Below are positions 60,760 through 64,000 of a stretch of DNA of 64,000 nucleotides, piece by piece (within the stretch, counting starts at the first letter, position 1; every line of letters starts with the position of its first letter). Below the pieces are notes generated by a model. The model saw nothing but the letters and a program-made list of their open reading frames with translations. It did no database searches and was not told the DNA's origin. This DNA is from Phoronis australis. Its lineage: Eukaryota; Animalia; Phoronida. The DNA lies in the NCBI GenBank assembly GCA_002633005.1, contig NMRA01000275.1:165336-229335 (forward strand), in the 5' to 3' direction. A program made the translations under genes and the position numbers.

Positions 60760-63700
60760 AATTAATTGTCATTATTCAAAAAACATAATTGAAAAGATAT
60801 TTACTCACTCCATTCACGCCTTCTCCTTAGCCACAAAAATTCACCTGCTACAAAACTATTCAGAAAAATGCTCAATATCAAACTGCAGAATCTGTGCATC
60901 TCAGCATCGCTTAAATTTAAAAATTTCAAGGTGTTGGAGATATTTGTCTTACCTATCACCCTCATTCTTGTTTCCCTGTGCTGTGTTATAAACTTCAATC
61001 ATAAAACCATATAATTTTGCCTGCCCAGCCATTTATATTCTTTATTTTTAGTTCTTTTTTACTTTGTAAATGTGGTTATTTTTATTAGTATAATATAATG
61101 CATAAAGTATTCATTCGTTTTTTTTCCTTTGTTGAGCCAACCATGTTAAAGTTTAAGTTATATCATTCTTAATCTGTACCTTATTTTAGTTTCACCCATT
61201 ACTGCACCAGTAGTTTGTATTGTAATCCCTAGGTATTTGTCCATGTACATGTACACATTTTACATACATATACATGTATCACTTTGTTGATACTCAACAC
61301 AAGTTAATGTATAGCTCATGTAGTGAGATAAATTGTTGACTAAACACAGGTATAGGTGTTTTTCATCCAAGCAGCTCCCTTTTCCTTTTTTGATATTTCT
61401 AAAGTAATCAATGGGTATGTATAGTCTTAGTGAAACTGGAGTTTAGTTGTTTACCTTCGGCTACTTCAAGTCCCACTCTTGTCACTTTAAGTTGCACTTA
61501 CAAAGTTGAAACAACTTGTGTAGATGCATGACTATGTGTATCTATCTTTCTAAGTATCTATCTATCTTTGCTCTCTAGTGCCTTGATGGTAATGTTTACA
61601 TAACCTCACCTGGATATGTACACACATGCAACTGATATCTGACCCAGGGTATATGAGAGAATTTTGACTTTCAAAGTCTAAATTCAAGTTTACCGCTTTC
61701 ACTGAAATGGTATCCGTTTGTCTGCCTTTGTATAAAAACAATACCAAAAACTTTGAATGAAAATAGACCAACTTCCAGAAAAATACAACTTCAAATGTGA
61801 CAATCAAATCACTTTTAACTGGTACGCATACTTCTTTCTGTGTAGGCTGTGAAGCCATCCAGAAAATAAAACCAAGACGAGATTTTAGGGATAGTAATAT
61901 GCTATTTGGTTTCATTTCATTTTGATTGATGTGATAATTGATATTCATTTGCTTTAGGGATAGTTGAATAATAAAACTACCTGATCGTTGTAACCACTAT
62001 AATTCCAAATCAAATATTTGTTATCAAGTGTATTTGATGTTTTAAATGTATCAATCCTTTGATTACTCGGCCTTTTGTCATTCACCAGTGTGTCAATTTG
62101 TAATGCTATTATTATAGTGGGTGTTATGTTGCCCATCTTAGTTACTTATCAGTATTGGTTTTCAGTTTAATGTAAGCTATATTAAACCTGCCTATTTACT
62201 ATGACTATTTCGTACTCATAGCACTGTATACAGAATGCACCAAAAGTATTACGTATTTCATGGACATCATTAAACTATCAGATATTTTAGGTGAAACTAC
62301 TTCTGAATCTTGCTGCGTATTTATCACATCCCTCAATGCCGGTCTTGTATTGGATAAACCACGGTGTAAATTGTATGTGAACTTTTCTCTCAATCAGCTT
62401 TTCAACTAGCTTTTTGAACTGTAATTCACCCCAGGGATTTACCACTAGTAATTTGTCTACAGAATAGAATCATGTAAAGTTTAGATATATGTGTTTTGGC
62501 AATGACAGTGAAGATTTCATTAGATTTCACTTTCCAATCAGGTAACCTTCAGTAACATAAAATTTATCACACAGTAACAATTGAATGTGCGATTGGCCAG
62601 CTCGACCTAGTTTCCAGTTATATTGGCTTTTCAAGCAGCAACATCAACATCTTGAAGTAATCACTCGTCAATGTATACAACGAGAGGCAGAAGTCAGTGA
62701 CATGCAACCAGTTGTGTGGCATTCCACAATAGTCCCTTCAAATTATTTCTGTTGACACATGCAGACGGTTCCTGGGTCCGTTTCATAAAAGACACAAACT
62801 CGATGGTCTTACGCTCTCATTTCACTATTGCTGTATAAAGTTTTAGTCAAGTAATTATGAGCACATCAGTCTAAAACTAATTTACAAAAACTTTCTCAGC
62901 AACTAAGAGTGACAAGTATTTTGTCATAGGTGAGTTTCGACTATTTGTCCGAAATCCTTACGTGGGTCCAAAGGCCAAATTCTTTTCTCAAATCTTAACT
63001 CACTTCATGAAACATAATGCCAGACTCAACTTCTCACTTGTATATATTTGCTTTTGAAATAAATGCATGTTGACACATGTGTGTGTAAGGGAAGAATTTA
63101 ATTGTCTTCACGATAAGCCACAGCATAGCACGTGAATTCTGCGCGCATTTATACCGAATTCCAGCATCATGCGGAGAAAGTGAACACAACCATTTGACGA
63201 GTCAGACAAGTGGACCACATAGGCCCGAAATACTAAGGGGATGGGGCTACAAATAAACCCACACGAGGGGTTGGGGACTTATTATGTGCTTGCAGTAGGT
63301 GATGGTGATGCTACATGTCGTCACACAATCTTATTGAAATTTTCTGATGCACTGAGTGTGGTGCAAGAATCCACGGAGAGACAATACATGAGTGCACAAG
63401 TCAAGATGGGTGGGCTATTTTTAGGGCAAAATAAATATCCAGCTGTAATGAGTTTCGTGAAGACTGCAGCCGTGTAAGCTGTGAACGAGTGTAGAGGGTC
63501 ACGTTTGTTCGTCTTAACCTTAGGCCACAAAAGTGGTCTAAATCTTTACTAACCATGGTTAAGTCGTTGATGGGACATGATTTGCAGTAATAAATTGGAC
63601 AACGTAAATGTAATGCCAGATGAGTTAAAGGAGTTTGTTTGTATGACGAATACGAGAAAATGCGGAGTTTGTCGGAACTCAGTGGTATAAAATGCCCAAA

Positions 63701-64000
63701 CAACGGATTACTCGACAGCTACACAAACAACGTCACCTGTACATGCAGATCTAGATGATAATATTTTTATTAGCCCGGTGCACCATCACAGTACCATATG
63801 TTACCATAGCTACATGTACCAAAGGCTGAGCAAAGAGTGAGGTAAGCGTGAGGGAAGCGTGAGGGAGGCGTTAATCAAACCGGAGGTAAGCGTGAGAGCT
63901 AACCGGAGAGTAGGCGTGAGATGACCGTGACCGATTTCTCTCATGCCTGCGTTCCGGTAACACTCCAGCCTGGCCAGGCGTGAGGTAGACCAGAGGAAAT

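Noticed and set aside
62600-62760. Phosphodiesterase- or Ulp1-like motif PHNWLHVTD on the minus strand
   Set aside because: Short, flanked by stops, and without further motifs in the correct order

Overview
Eukaryotic, AT-rich (invertebrate-looking) genomic DNA with spliced genes and heavy transposon load. There are no prokaryotic operons, CRISPR arrays or rRNA. Genes found: (1) the 3' part (19 exons, 910-32526, + strand) of a receptor-type protein tyrosine phosphatase with an FN3-like juxtamembrane ectodomain, furin site, TM helix and tandem D1/D2 PTP domains. All exons splice in frame at GT-AG, but both domains have degenerate catalytic motifs (D1: [17 protein letters not shown]; D2: WLN, HCTNGSDRTG). 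(2) An intronless TspanC8-like tetraspanin with a ~340-aa Ser/Thr-rich cytoplasmic tail ending in a PDZ-type motif (42251-44101, +), preceded by a decayed intronless paralog (~37430-38510). (3) The last five exons of WDR18/Ipi3 (48721-56611, -). Repeats include two families of Helentron/DINE-1-like non-autonomous elements carrying internal satellite arrays, LINE and Penelope relics, two probable solo LTRs, MITEs, a palindromic AAAACTTAAGTTTT array, and a 48-bp repeat with protein-like codon constraint. Four single-N gaps (11917, 20558, 26231, 36643) are present, and two adjoin near-identical duplications that may be assembly artefacts. All calls were read by eye without database searches, so repeat boundaries are approximate.
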